Assembly (NCBI GenBank): GCA_963842525.1
Contig: CAWJGT010000025.1
Span: forward strand, 416,001 to 480,000
From: an uncultured Holophagales bacterium
GTDB lineage: Bacteria > Acidobacteriota > Thermoanaerobaculia > Multivoradales > UBA5704
Length of the DNA: 64,000 nt
Direction of reading: 5' to 3'
In this document: in pieces, positions 37,691-49,147 of the stretch
Numbering within the stretch: position 1 is the first letter of the stretch
How the letters are laid out: each line of letters begins with the position of its first letter
Translations under genes and position numbers: made by a program
The notes under the pieces: model-generated
Seen by the model: the letters and a program-made list of their open reading frames with translations, nothing else
The model's database searches: none
Told to the model about the DNA's origin: nothing

Positions 37691-38971
37691 CTACCCCCCA
37701 TACTCCCGGATCATCCCCTCCAGCCGGTCGAGCCCGCGGCGGACCTCTTCGAGGTCGGGGCCGAAGGAGAGGCGGACGTGCTGGTGGAAGCGGGAGAGGT
37801 GCTGGGCGCGGCGGCGGCCGGGGTTGACGTCGAAAAAGACGCCGGGGACGCAGATGGTCTGGTGGTCCAAGGCGGCGCGGAAGAAGGCCATGCCCTCCGA
37901 GATCGGCTCGGGCAGGTCACGCACCGAGGCGAAGACGTAGAAGGTCCCCGTCGGCTCGGGGTAGACCCGCATCCCCATGTCGTGGAGACGGCGCAGCATC
38001 AGCTCCCGCTTGGGCAGGAACGTCTCGCGGATGGCCCGCGTCTCGGCCATCACCAGGTCCGGATCCATCAGCCCCACCGCCGCCCGCTGCTGCGGGCGCG
38101 AGCCGCCGCCGTCGAGGAACGAGCCGGCGCTCTCCACCGCCTCGATGACCGAGCGGGGGCCCAGGGTCCAGGTCACCCGCCAACCCGGATATCGCCAGTT
38201 CTTCGTCAGGCCGTCCACGATCACCACCGGGTCGCGGTCCACGTCCTCGACGTAGCGGGCGGCGCTCACCATCGGGCCGGGCTCGCCTTCACCCGGCGTC
38301 CAGACATAGTGGGAGTAAAACTCGTCGATCAGCAGCGTGCAGTCGAGCTCGCGGCCCACCTCGACCCACTCCATCAGCTCTTGCCCGGAAACCAGCTTCC
38401 CCATCGGGTTGCAGGGGTTCGAGAAGAGGAGCACGGACAGGCCGCGGCCGATCACCTCGCGCCGCAGGTCTTCGGCCTCGAAGCTGTAGCCCTGCTCGCG
38501 CCGCAGCAGGATCGGGATCGCCGTCACCAAACGGAAAATATCCAGCAGCTCCTCGTAGGCGGTGTAGTCCGGCAGGAAGTGCCCGAGGTTGACCTGGTCG
38601 AGCGCGGCCACGGCACGCGTCAGGGCCGCCCGGCCGCCGCCGGAGATGGCCACGTTCTCGGCCGTGTACTGCGACTTCATGCCGCGGCGGTAGAGCCTGT
38701 TGTAGAGAGCGGCCACAGACTCGCGCAGCTCCGGGATTCCCGCCACCGGCGCGTAGTAGTGGTCCGCGGGATCGATGTCCAGGGTCTCCACGCGCGGCGG
38801 CGCTCCGGGGAGAGGGCCCGTCTCCGGCTGCCCCTGGCCGAGGTTGGACCAGTTGGGATCGCCGGTCCGGTAGCCCCGGGCCGTAGCCTCCTTGGTGACG
38901 TAGACGACGCCCGTGCGCGGCACGGTACGGAAGGCCTGCAGGGTGGAGGCGGAGAGCGGGGGCGTGGCCAT
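37691..38971 (-). CDS. PLP-dependent aminotransferase class I/II
   Basis: NLGQGQPE, SNPCNPMG, DEFYSHY, GLTKNWRYPGWR. Confidence 0.9.
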   Translation of the reverse strand: MATPPLSASTLQAFRTVPRTGVVYVTKEATARGYRTGDPNWSNLGQGQPETGPLPGAPPRVETLDIDPADHYYAPVAGIPELRESVAALYNRLYRRGMKSQYTAENVAISGGGRAALTRAVAALDQVNLGHFLPDYTAYEELLDIFRLVTAIPILLRREQGYSFEAEDLRREVIGRGLSVLLFSNPCNPMGKLVSGQELMEWVEVGRELDCTLLIDEFYSHYVWTPGEGEPGPMVSAARYVEDVDRDPVVIVDGLTKNWRYPGWRVTWTLGPRSVIEAVESAGSFLDGGGSRPQQRAAVGLMDPDLVMAETRAIRETFLPKRELMLRRLHDMGMRVYPEPTGTFYVFASVRDLPEPISEGMAFFRAALDHQTICVPGVFFDVNPGRRRAQHLSRFHQHVRLSFGPDLEEVRRGLDRLEGMIREYGG

Positions 38972-38986
38972 GGGGCGGCAATCCTA

Positions 38987-39844
38987 CTAAAAACCTAGGA
39001 TCGACCGGATCTCGCCGGCGACGTGGCGGTTGGAGGAGAGGACCGCCTCGCGGAAACCGGTCCCGAGCGGCGTCTCGTGGCGGGTCAGGAAGGTGCCGCC
39101 CGCCTCTTCGACGAGCACCTTGATGGCGGCGACGTCGTGGTAGGCCACCGTCCCCTCCACCATGGCGTCGCAGCGCCCTTCGGCGACCAGGACGTGACCC
39201 CACCAGTCGCCGAAGCCGCGGGTGCGTTCGGCGCGGGCGACCAGGTCGCCGAAGGCGGGCCAGAGGCCGTTCCTCTGGAACCAGACCAGGCCGCCGTGGA
39301 CGACGAAGGCGCGGCCCAGGTCCGCGGTGTCGCTCACCCGCAGCCGCCGCTGCCGGCAGCCCGCGAGGTCGGTGCCGGTTCCCGCCCAGGCTCCCTGCCC
39401 GCGCACGGCCCACCACGTCTCGCCGAGCCCCGCCTCGGCAATGCCCGCCGCCGAGGCCCCGATCCCGGTGCCCGGGCCGAGGACGGGCGCGTGGACGACG
39501 CCGAGCACCAGCTCGCCGTCCAGCTCCAGGCCGATCAGGGTGGCGAACCAGGGTAGGCCGGCCACGAAGTTGCGGGTGGCGTCCAAAGGGTCGACAACCC
39601 AGCGGTCGCGTTCGTCCCCCTCCTGGCCGTACTCCTCGCCAAGGAGCCCCAGCTCGGGGGTGGCCCGGCGCAGGGTCTCGCGGATCGCCTCCTCCGAGCC
39701 CCGGTCGGCCCGGGTGACCGGAGAGTCGTCGGCCTTGTGCTCGACCGCCAGCCCATCCGAGCGGAAATGCTCGCGGTGGACCGCGCCGGCGCGGCGGCAG
39801 GCGGCCAGGGCCGCTTCAAGATAGTGCTGATGATCGCGCATCAC
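38987..39844 (-). CDS. Inositol monophosphatase family protein, HisN-like histidinol-phosphatase
   Basis: KADDSPVTRAD, GEEYG, WVVDPLDATRNF, RGFGDWW, VEEAGG. Confidence 0.8.
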   Translation of the reverse strand: MMRDHQHYLEAALAACRRAGAVHREHFRSDGLAVEHKADDSPVTRADRGSEEAIRETLRRATPELGLLGEEYGQEGDERDRWVVDPLDATRNFVAGLPWFATLIGLELDGELVLGVVHAPVLGPGTGIGASAAGIAEAGLGETWWAVRGQGAWAGTGTDLAGCRQRRLRVSDTADLGRAFVVHGGLVWFQRNGLWPAFGDLVARAERTRGFGDWWGHVLVAEGRCDAMVEGTVAYHDVAAIKVLVEEAGGTFLTRHETPLGTGFREAVLSSNRHVAGEIRSILGF

Positions 39845-40542
39845 GCTTCCAGGGTGTCGGGATCGGGCTCCTGGGGGACAGGCAGCCCCATGGCCCGGAG
39901 CGGGCCGGCCAGATCTTCGGGCACGGGGGCGAACAGCTTCAGAGGCCGGCCGTCCTCCGGATGGGCCAGGCGAAGCTCCAGGGCGTGCAGGGCGAGCCGG
40001 TGGAGGCCGAAGCGTCCGCGGAAGAGGCGGTTGTGCTCCCCCTTGCCGTAGCGGACGTCGCCGATCACCGGATGGCTGATGTGCTTGAGGTGGCGGCGGA
40101 TCTGGTGGAGCCGGCCGGTGCGTGGGAAGACGTCGAGCAGGGCATAGCGCTCGAAGGTGCCGAGCCGGCGGAACACGGTCACGGCCGGAACCCGGGGGCC
40201 GTCCGGAGAGCGGGGGATCGGATGATCGATCACCCCTTCCTCCGGCGGGATGCCGCGTACCAGGGCGAGGTAGCGCTTGCGGGCGGTCCCAGCTTCGAGC
40301 TGTTCCTGGAGCCGCCGCGCGATGCCGGGCGTCAGGGCGAAGACGAGGACGCCGCTGGTCGCCCGGTCGAGCCGGTGGACGGGGAAGACGCGTTGCCCCA
40401 GCCGGTCGCGCACGACGGTCAGCGCGACGATCCTCTCCCGGGACCAGCCGCGGTGCACGGCCATGCCGGACGGCTTGCCGACCGCGACGAGCGCCTCGTC
40501 GGTGTAAAGCAGGGGGAGCAGGGGGAGATCGGGATCGGGCAT
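39841..40542 (-). CDS. RluA/TruC family pseudouridine synthase
   Basis: KPSGMAVH, HRLDRATSG, TGRLHQIRRHLKHISHPVIGDVRYG. Confidence 0.9.
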   Translation of the reverse strand: MPDPDLPLLPLLYTDEALVAVGKPSGMAVHRGWSRERIVALTVVRDRLGQRVFPVHRLDRATSGVLVFALTPGIARRLQEQLEAGTARKRYLALVRGIPPEEGVIDHPIPRSPDGPRVPAVTVFRRLGTFERYALLDVFPRTGRLHQIRRHLKHISHPVIGDVRYGKGEHNRLFRGRFGLHRLALHALELRLAHPEDGRPLKLFAPVPEDLAGPLRAMGLPVPQEPDPDTLEA

Positions 40543-40577
40543 CGCGGCGTCGGGTTCCTCAGCTACAATCCTCGCAA

Positions 40578-42197
40578 ATGAGCCAGGAGACCGCCGACGG
40601 CTCCACGGTCGGGTGGTCCGGGACGGGTGCCCTGGGATCTGGACGGTCCTACGAGCGCACCATCGACCGGGTCGCCGCGCTGACCGTGCTCTACCATCCG
40701 GACCTGAGCCGGATCGGGCAGCGCGTCCTTCTGCCCGGGCTCCTGGCCGGGCGCGAGACCCTCCTCAGCCGGTACGAGCCGGAGCTGGCCGCGCCGGGCA
40801 AGCTCACCGGTGAGCCCCTGGCGGACATCTATATCAGCCGGCGCCCGATCGCTCTCAAGCCGGATGGCGGCAGCCTGGAGATCCAGGTCGGTGACAGCCG
40901 GACCGCGGTCGTCGCCCAGGGGATCTCGGTCTTCCAGAGCTGCCGTTTCCCGCGCGAGGAGCTGGAGCGTGGGATCGTGCTCGAGCTGTCCGGCCGGGTG
41001 GTGCTGCTCCTGCACACGATGGAGCCTCCGCCGCTCCGGTTGCCGCCGCAGCTCGGGCTGGTCGGCGACAGCGCGGGCCTGGTGCGGGTGCGGGCCGACG
41101 TGCAGCGGATCGCCGACCTGGAGGTGCCGGTCCTCCTGCGCGGCGAGACGGGCACGGGCAAGGAGCTCGCAGCGCGCGCCATCCACGAGTCGAGCCCGCG
41201 CCGCGAGGCCAGCCTCCTGGCCGTCAATCTGGGGGCCATCCCGGCGTCGCTCTCCGCCTCCGAGCTCTTCGGCGCCGTCAAGGGAGCGTTCACCGGCTCG
41301 GTAGGGATCCAGGAGGGCTACTTCCGCCGCGCCCACGGCGGCACGCTGTTCCTCGACGAGATCGCCGAGGCGCCGCCGGAGGTCCAGGTGATGCTCCTGC
41401 GCGTGGTCGAGGCCGGCGAGATGTACCCGGTCGGGTCGCAGACGCCGGTGCGGGTGGACGTGCGGGTGATCGCCGCCACGGACGCCGATCTGGAGGACCG
41501 GGTGCGCACCGGGGCGTTCCGGGGGCCGCTGCTCCACCGTCTCTCCGGGTACGAGGTCTGGATGCCGCCGCTGCGTGAGCGCCGTGACGACATCGGGCGC
41601 CTGCTGCTCCACTTCCTGCGTGAGGAGCTGCAGCGGATCGGGGAGGAGCACCGCCTCGACATCGAGTCCACGGCCTGCGATCCTCACTGGCTGCCGCCCC
41701 GGCTGGTTGCGCAGCTCGCCCGCTATGACTGGCCGGGCAACGTGCGGCAGCTCCGCAACGTGGTGCGCCAGCTCGTCATCGGCAGCCGCGGCCTCCCCCG
41801 GCTGGAGATCGGCCCCCAGGTCGCCCGGCTGCTGCAGGAGAAGTACGACCCTGTCGTCGAGGGCCTGTCGCCGTCTTCGGCCGAGATCCCGGCGCCGGTG
41901 GTCCAACCCCCCGCCCGGCGCCGGCCGGGCGAGGTCGCGGAAGAGGAGCTCGTCACGGCGCTGCGGGCCAACCGCTGGGACGTGAAGGCCACGGCGGAAA
42001 CCCTCCGCGTTTCGCGTACCTCGCTGTATGCCCTGATGGAGAGCTGTCCTCGCATCCGGAGGATTTCGGACCTCTCCCGGGAGGAGATCACGCGCTGCCA
42101 CGAGGACTGTGGCGGCGACGTGGACGCGATGGTCGAGCGCCTGGAGGTCTCGAAGCGTGCCCTCGGCCGCAGGCTGCGGGAGCTCGGGCTGGCCTGA
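40578..42197 (+). CDS. Sigma54-dependent enhancer-binding protein (FHA-like N-terminus, AAA+, double C-terminal HTH)
   Basis: GETGTGKE, ELFGAVKGAFTGS, LFLDEI, RVIAATD, WPGNVRQLRN; no receiver domain. Confidence 0.9.
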   Translation: MSQETADGSTVGWSGTGALGSGRSYERTIDRVAALTVLYHPDLSRIGQRVLLPGLLAGRETLLSRYEPELAAPGKLTGEPLADIYISRRPIALKPDGGSLEIQVGDSRTAVVAQGISVFQSCRFPREELERGIVLELSGRVVLLLHTMEPPPLRLPPQLGLVGDSAGLVRVRADVQRIADLEVPVLLRGETGTGKELAARAIHESSPRREASLLAVNLGAIPASLSASELFGAVKGAFTGSVGIQEGYFRRAHGGTLFLDEIAEAPPEVQVMLLRVVEAGEMYPVGSQTPVRVDVRVIAATDADLEDRVRTGAFRGPLLHRLSGYEVWMPPLRERRDDIGRLLLHFLREELQRIGEEHRLDIESTACDPHWLPPRLVAQLARYDWPGNVRQLRNVVRQLVIGSRGLPRLEIGPQVARLLQEKYDPVVEGLSPSSAEIPAPVVQPPARRRPGEVAEEELVTALRANRWDVKATAETLRVSRTSLYALMESCPRIRRISDLSREEITRCHEDCGGDVDAMVERLEVSKRALGRRLRELGLA

Positions 42198-42215
42198 GGT
42201 AAGCTCTCCGGGAGG

Positions 42216-44870
42216 TTGTCCTTGAGCCCGGAATCATCGGCGCATCCCGACAGGATCGGTCCCTACCGCATCGTACGACGGTTGGGGGCCGGCGGCATGG
42301 GGGAGGTGTTCCTCGCCTTTGACGACCGGCTCGACCGGCGGGTGGCGGTCAAGCGGATCCGCCCGGAAGCCAGAGCCAACCTCGAGCGCCGCGAGCGGCT
42401 CCGGCGGGAGGCCCGGGTCGCGGCCCGGCTCAACCACACCTCGATCGTCCAGGTCTACGACATCCTCCACGAGGAGGACAGCGACTACATCGTCATGGAG
42501 TACGTGGAGGGGAGGAACCTCCGCGAGCTGATCGAGAACGGGGCCGTTCCCCTCCGGGACGCCCTGGAGCTGGCCCGGGAGCTGGCCGACGGCCTCGACG
42601 CGGCCCACCGGCTGGGGATCGTCCACCGGGACTTCAAGACGGAGAACGTCCTCGTCACGGCCGCGGGCCGGGCGAAGATCACCGACTTCGGCATCGCCAA
42701 GCAGCTCCTGGGAGACGAGGAGGAGTCGCTGACCCGGGGCAACGTCGTCCTCGGCACCTACCGGTCCATGTCGCCCGAGCAGGCGCGCGGCGAGCCGGTG
42801 GACCACCGGACCGACCTGTTCTCCTTCGGCGTCCTGCTCTACGAGCTCTTCACCGGCCGCTCTCCCTTCCAGGCCGAGAACTCGCTGGCTACCCTGAACC
42901 AGGTCATCCACGTCCGCCAGAAGCCGGTCTGCGAGCTGGTCCCGGCGGTCCCGGCCGAGGTCTCGGACCTCGTGGACCACCTGCTGGAGAAGGACCCGCT
43001 CCTGCGCCCGCAGAGCGCCGGGCAGGTGCGGCGGGAGCTGGACCGGTTCGTCCAGGCCACCGCGGAGCTCGCGGAGACCGCGATGACGATGATCGAGCCT
43101 GCCGGCTCGAGGCGTGCGACCGGTGTTGGGAGCAGTGGGAGCCGGACGCGCCCCTCGTCGAGCGGCATCCCGCCGCGGCCGGACTCCGCGCTCACCACGC
43201 TCAAGGGCCGCCCGCGGCGCGCCCTCTGGGTCGTCGCGGCCCTGGTGCTCCTCGGGATTGCCGCCGGGGCGGCTTATTTCGCGCTACGGCCGCCTCGGCC
43301 TCCGCTGTACGTGGGGGTCCTCCGTCCGGAGGTTGGGGCCGGCGGCGGTGCCCCCGAGACCGAGCTGCTGTCCTCCGGAGTTCGGGTGGCATTGCTGCGG
43401 GCGCTGGTGTCTCTGGAGGGCATCTCACCGAAAGAGCTGGACGAGATCGACGCGGCGCCAGGGTCTCCACAGCAGGTGGCGCGGGAGGTGGCGGCCGATG
43501 AGATCGTCAGCTCTCGTCTCGACTGCCGGCCCGACGCCTGCCGGGTCGCGGTCAAACGGATCCGGGGGCGGGATGGAAGCGTGCTCTGGGCCGACAGCCT
43601 CGAGGTGCCGACCGACGACTTCTCGGTGGCGGCCAGCGCGGTCACCCGTCAGCTCCGTCTGGCCTATGCCGACCGGAAGACGCGCCGTGGCATCCCCGAT
43701 CTCGCCGTCGGCAGTGGAGATCTCAAGGAGCTCCTGCGGTTGCGGCGCCGGTTCGAGTCCCGCGGAGAAGCCTCCCTCGACCCGATCCTGGACGGACTGG
43801 AGGCCATCCGCGAGAGGTCTCCGGGTTTCCTCGACGCCTATCTGCTGGAGGCCAGGGCCGTGCTCTTCCGCTTCTGGGAGTCCCGGGATCCCGCGGACCT
43901 CCAACGCGGGTTCCGGCTCGCGCAGGATGCGCGGAAGCTCGCACCGGGAGATCCGCAGCCGCTCCTCGTCCTCGTCGAGCTCGCGCTGGCCGCCAACGAC
44001 CTCGAGCTGGCGAAGGACACCCTGGAGGAGCTCGAGCGTCTCGTGCCGGGCGACGTCCGGGTCCTGGAAAGGCGCGCCCGGTATCTGAACGCTCGCGGCA
44101 GGACGGAGGAGGCCCTCGAGCTCCTCCGCGAGACGGCCCGCGTCCACCCGTCGACCAACCGCCTGCGCAACCTGGCTCAGATGGAGTTCCAGCAGGGGCA
44201 GATCGCGCAGGCGCGGGAGCACCTGCAGCTCCTCCTGCAGCGTTCGCCGGCCGACAGCGGCGGCCTCAATCTCCTGGCCACGATCGAGCTCTCGAATGGC
44301 GACCCCCGGCGCGCGGCCGAGCTCTTCGGAGCTCTCGTCCAGCGCTCGCCGACTCCGGCCCGGCTGGCGAACCTGGCTCTCTCCTACTGCTTCCTCGGCC
44401 GCTATGCCGACGCCGTCGCGACCTATCGCCGCATCGTCGAGAAGGAGCCGCGCAACCCTCTCTATGCGCTCAACCTGGCCGACGCGTATTCCCTCCAGGG
44501 CCAGAAGGCCGAAGCGGACGCCCTGTACCGGAGGGTCCTGGAGCTGATCACGGCCGATCCCGCAGCCTCGGGCCCGCAGTTCCTCACCGCCAAGGCTCAG
44601 GCCCTGGCCCATCTCGGCCAAGGCCCGGACGCCGTAGCAGCGGTCCAGGAAGCGCTCCGGCTCGCCCCGAACGATGGTCCGGTGGCCTACGAGGGGGCCG
44701 TGGTCTACGCCCTCCTGGGAGAGAGCTCCTCGGCGCTCGTCAACGCCGAGAAGGCCCTGAAGCTCGGCATGCAGCCGCGATGGTTCTCCTTCCCCTGGTT
44801 CGACTCCTTACGGGGCAACCCCGCCTTCCAGAAGCTGCTTGCCGGATCAGAGCGCCCTGCTTCCTCCTAG
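42216..44870 (+). CDS. Hanks-type Ser/Thr kinase - TM - TPR
   Basis: LGAGGMGEV, VAVK, HRDFKTEN, DFG, MSPEQ; TM ALWVVAALVLLGIAAGAAYF; C-terminal TPRs. Confidence 0.93.
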   Translation: MSLSPESSAHPDRIGPYRIVRRLGAGGMGEVFLAFDDRLDRRVAVKRIRPEARANLERRERLRREARVAARLNHTSIVQVYDILHEEDSDYIVMEYVEGRNLRELIENGAVPLRDALELARELADGLDAAHRLGIVHRDFKTENVLVTAAGRAKITDFGIAKQLLGDEEESLTRGNVVLGTYRSMSPEQARGEPVDHRTDLFSFGVLLYELFTGRSPFQAENSLATLNQVIHVRQKPVCELVPAVPAEVSDLVDHLLEKDPLLRPQSAGQVRRELDRFVQATAELAETAMTMIEPAGSRRATGVGSSGSRTRPSSSGIPPRPDSALTTLKGRPRRALWVVAALVLLGIAAGAAYFALRPPRPPLYVGVLRPEVGAGGGAPETELLSSGVRVALLRALVSLEGISPKELDEIDAAPGSPQQVAREVAADEIVSSRLDCRPDACRVAVKRIRGRDGSVLWADSLEVPTDDFSVAASAVTRQLRLAYADRKTRRGIPDLAVGSGDLKELLRLRRRFESRGEASLDPILDGLEAIRERSPGFLDAYLLEARAVLFRFWESRDPADLQRGFRLAQDARKLAPGDPQPLLVLVELALAANDLELAKDTLEELERLVPGDVRVLERRARYLNARGRTEEALELLRETARVHPSTNRLRNLAQMEFQQGQIAQAREHLQLLLQRSPADSGGLNLLATIELSNGDPRRAAELFGALVQRSPTPARLANLALSYCFLGRYADAVATYRRIVEKEPRNPLYALNLADAYSLQGQKAEADALYRRVLELITADPAASGPQFLTAKAQALAHLGQGPDAVAAVQEALRLAPNDGPVAYEGAVVYALLGESSSALVNAEKALKLGMQPRWFSFPWFDSLRGNPAFQKLLAGSERPASS

Positions 44871-45313
44871 CCGCCCGGCGGCTCGTAGATGATCGTCGGA
44901 TCGTGGGGCTCGTCCATTCCAGTGGGACCGACACAGAGCAGTGTGTAGTTGTTGGCCTGCACCTTGGCGCCCAGCGGCAGCCCGTTCAACGTGGGGATCG
45001 CAGCGGTCGTGAGCGACGTCCGCGACAAGCCGATGTAGGTGCTCATCTCGGGTTCGAAGGCGATCGCCAGGTTCTTGAACGAGGCGCCGGCAGTCACGAT
45101 GGTGAAGTTGACCTGGAAATATCCAGACGGGATCGAGAGTGCGCCGGTTTCCGCATCGAACGTGACTCCGTAGGGAAAAGGCCCTCCCTGGCTGAGCTGG
45201 ACTTTGTCCTCGCCGAGCACTGTGACATCGATTGGAATCGGGAGCGGCGGTGTGTCTACGAGCGAGAGGGTTTGCCGCTCCTCTGCTTCCAAGAGCGCGA
45301 CCTGAGTCGTCAT
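44867..45313 (-). CDS. Small beta-rich hypothetical protein ending DPTIIYEPP (DP-EP-like motif)
   Basis: AAGGAGGAG RBS; sigma54 promoter upstream; family call is inferred from the C-terminal motif only. Confidence 0.7.
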   Translation of the reverse strand: MTTQVALLEAEERQTLSLVDTPPLPIPIDVTVLGEDKVQLSQGGPFPYGVTFDAETGALSIPSGYFQVNFTIVTAGASFKNLAIAFEPEMSTYIGLSRTSLTTAAIPTLNGLPLGAKVQANNYTLLCVGPTGMDEPHDPTIIYEPPGG

Positions 45314-45345
45314 CGTTTTCTCCTCCTTCTGGATACCCTGGATAG

Positions 45346-45361
45346 CGCAAGGGTCATGCCA
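45346..45361 (-). promoter_or_regulatory. Sigma54 -24/-12 promoter
   Basis: Minus strand TGGCATGACCCTTGCG. Confidence 0.75.
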
Positions 45362-45421
45362 CCGGAGCTGGCAGGCCGCACAGGCGGGAAACGCCCTCAG
45401 AGCCGGTGATTCCAGAGGGAG

Positions 45422-45476
45422 CTGACGTGTCGGCGGCGTGTCGGTTGCCGCGCCGACATGTCGGAGGGTGTGTCAG
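45422..45476. promoter_or_regulatory. Putative enhancer: clustered TGTCGG/CCGACA half-sites
   Basis: TGTCGG at 45428, 45439 and 45459; perfect palindrome CCGACATGTCGG at 45453-45464; TGTCAG at 45471. Confidence 0.65.
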
Positions 45477-45528
45477 AAACGGTGGAAATGCGGAGGCGTC
45501 CGCGGCTCGGACGCCTCCGGGGAGTGGC

Positions 45529-47115
<1,587 letters not shown>

Positions 47116-47333
47116 TCGTTACGTCGAGCCTTTCCGAGGATCCCCGGACGCAGGGGGAACACTCTTCAATTGTTCCGGCGGATCGGTGTGGGAACGGGGG
47201 GCTTGCCGGTGAGGCCGCCGCTCAGGCTCGGGACGAGCCTATCGATCTATGACCGCCGGTGAGCCCGGCGGACAGTGAAGGATCTCACATTCCGGCGGAT
47301 TTGGCAAGTCGGATCCCCGGGATCCCCGGGATT

Positions 47334-47377
47334 CCCCCTCTCCCGCACCCGCGGGAGAGGGGGGCAGGGGGTGAGGG
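47334..47377. repeat. CCCTCTCCC/GGGAGAGGG-family REP
   Basis: CCCCCTCTCCCGCACCCGCGGGAGAGGGGGGCAGGGGGTGAGGG. Confidence 0.8.
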
Positions 47378-47379
47378 CC

Positions 47380-49143
47380 CTACTTCGCCGCCTGCTGGGC
47401 CTCCTTGAGCGCCACCTTCTTCGTCACCTTCCCTCCCTTGAGGCTGTCGTACTGGACGGTGACGTCGCCGTCGCCCTCGACGAGGAAGAAGAGGTTGCGG
47501 GTGGAGTAGCCTTCGACGCCGGGCACCAGCAGCCGCTCGGGGCGGTGCTCCTGGAGCTGGATCTGGTCCAGCCAAGGGTTGTTGATCAGGCCGCTCGCCA
47601 CCACCTTGGCGCCGGCCACGGTCGCCAGGTCCTGGCGGTGCAGCCGGTTCTGGACGGCGCGGGCAGTCATGCTCGGAATCGCCCGGTCGTTCAGGACCGG
47701 GACCTCCAGGCGCCACAGCTTCGGACCCACCTTGCGCACCTGGACCTCGCCGATCGAGAGGCGCGGGAGATGATGGGCGTGGAAGAGGACGAAGGCGCTG
47801 TTGCGGTGCATCTCCTCTTCGAGCAGCCAGGTCTCCGGCACGCGGCCGAAGTCCTGGCGGTAGCCACCCACCTCGATACGGCCGTACTGCGGGTGGTCCA
47901 CCGGCTTCCACTCGGAGAACTGCTTCCCCAGGGTCAGGAGGTCGCTGAACTTCAGCAGCTCGGCCTCGGAGATGTCCCCGTCCTTGTCGGTGTCCGCCGG
48001 CACGTCATAGAGCTCGTTGGAGAAGCTCACCGCGCCCACGCTGCCGTAGAAGTGGTCGATGCTGCCGCCGTAGACCGTGTAGAGGTCCTTCCAGAGGATG
48101 AAGTACCGGTAGCCGGGGAGGATCTTCTCCCCCTCCTTGCCGATCAGGTCGTAGGCCGCGAGGTCCGACCCGCTGACGGGCGGCTGGGACTTGGCCCCCG
48201 GAGGCCGCAGGATCATCCGGCCGTTGTTGTGGAAGCTCTGCATGGCCGCGAGGTTCGGGTGCCGTAGCGCCCACAGCGCGATGGAGCGGGTCTCGGGGAT
48301 GTCCAGCGGATATGAGCCCGCACCGTTCTGCACGTAGGCCGGCTCCCAGCCGTAGCCCCAGGTGCGGTTGGGGTCCACATAGCCGACCTCGTCCTCGTTG
48401 ACCCGGCCGTCGTTGTCGTTGTCGATCCCTTCGCCGCCCAGCAGCTCGTAGTCGCCGAGCTCGCCGGGCTCGACTTCGACAACCAGGCGCGGGTCCTTGG
48501 GATCGAGCTTGAAGTCTCCCTGGCCGAGCGGCACCTTCTTGCGCATCTGGGTCAGGACGCCGTCGCCGTCGAGGTCGTCCGGCCCGTCCTCGTTGACCAG
48601 GCCGTCGCGGTCGTCGTCGACCTGCACCATGACGGTGCGCGGGTAGGAGTTGTCCGAGGGGCCCTTGAACCACTGCGCCCGGCCGTCCGGGTTGACGATG
48701 GGCAGGACGTAGAGGACCGCGCGGTCGAGCAGCTCGGTGACCCGTGGCAGCTTGCCGTAGCTCTTGAGGACGAAGTCGACGGTGTAGAGGCAGGCTTCGG
48801 CGCCCTGCACCTCGTTGGCGTGCGTGTTGCCGTCGACGTAGAGGGCCGGCTTCGACAGCTCGTCGCCGGTCGCCGGGTTCTGCAGGGTGAGCACCCACAT
48901 GTCGCGGCCCTGGATGCTCTTGCCGATGCTGTCCAGCCGCGCCCATCCGGGATAGGCGGCGGCGTAGTCCTTGAGGATCTGGGCGATCTCGTCGTAGTCG
49001 TGGAGCCGGTTGAACGTCGGCTGCGGAGCCTTCCCCTTGGGTTGGAGGGGCTGTGCGGCGAACCCGGCCGCTGGAAGGACGGCGGTGGCGAGGGCCAGCG
49101 CCGCGGACGCGAGCGCAGGTGCGAGGATATTGCGCGAAATCAT
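47380..49143 (-). CDS. M14 family zinc carboxypeptidase, secreted
   Basis: IGKSIQGR, HANE (HxxE), NPDG, DPNR, SFHN; DxDxDG insert. Confidence 0.9.
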   Translation of the reverse strand: MISRNILAPALASAALALATAVLPAAGFAAQPLQPKGKAPQPTFNRLHDYDEIAQILKDYAAAYPGWARLDSIGKSIQGRDMWVLTLQNPATGDELSKPALYVDGNTHANEVQGAEACLYTVDFVLKSYGKLPRVTELLDRAVLYVLPIVNPDGRAQWFKGPSDNSYPRTVMVQVDDDRDGLVNEDGPDDLDGDGVLTQMRKKVPLGQGDFKLDPKDPRLVVEVEPGELGDYELLGGEGIDNDNDGRVNEDEVGYVDPNRTWGYGWEPAYVQNGAGSYPLDIPETRSIALWALRHPNLAAMQSFHNNGRMILRPPGAKSQPPVSGSDLAAYDLIGKEGEKILPGYRYFILWKDLYTVYGGSIDHFYGSVGAVSFSNELYDVPADTDKDGDISEAELLKFSDLLTLGKQFSEWKPVDHPQYGRIEVGGYRQDFGRVPETWLLEEEMHRNSAFVLFHAHHLPRLSIGEVQVRKVGPKLWRLEVPVLNDRAIPSMTARAVQNRLHRQDLATVAGAKVVASGLINNPWLDQIQLQEHRPERLLVPGVEGYSTRNLFFLVEGDGDVTVQYDSLKGGKVTKKVALKEAQQAAK

Positions 49144-49147
49144 GGCT

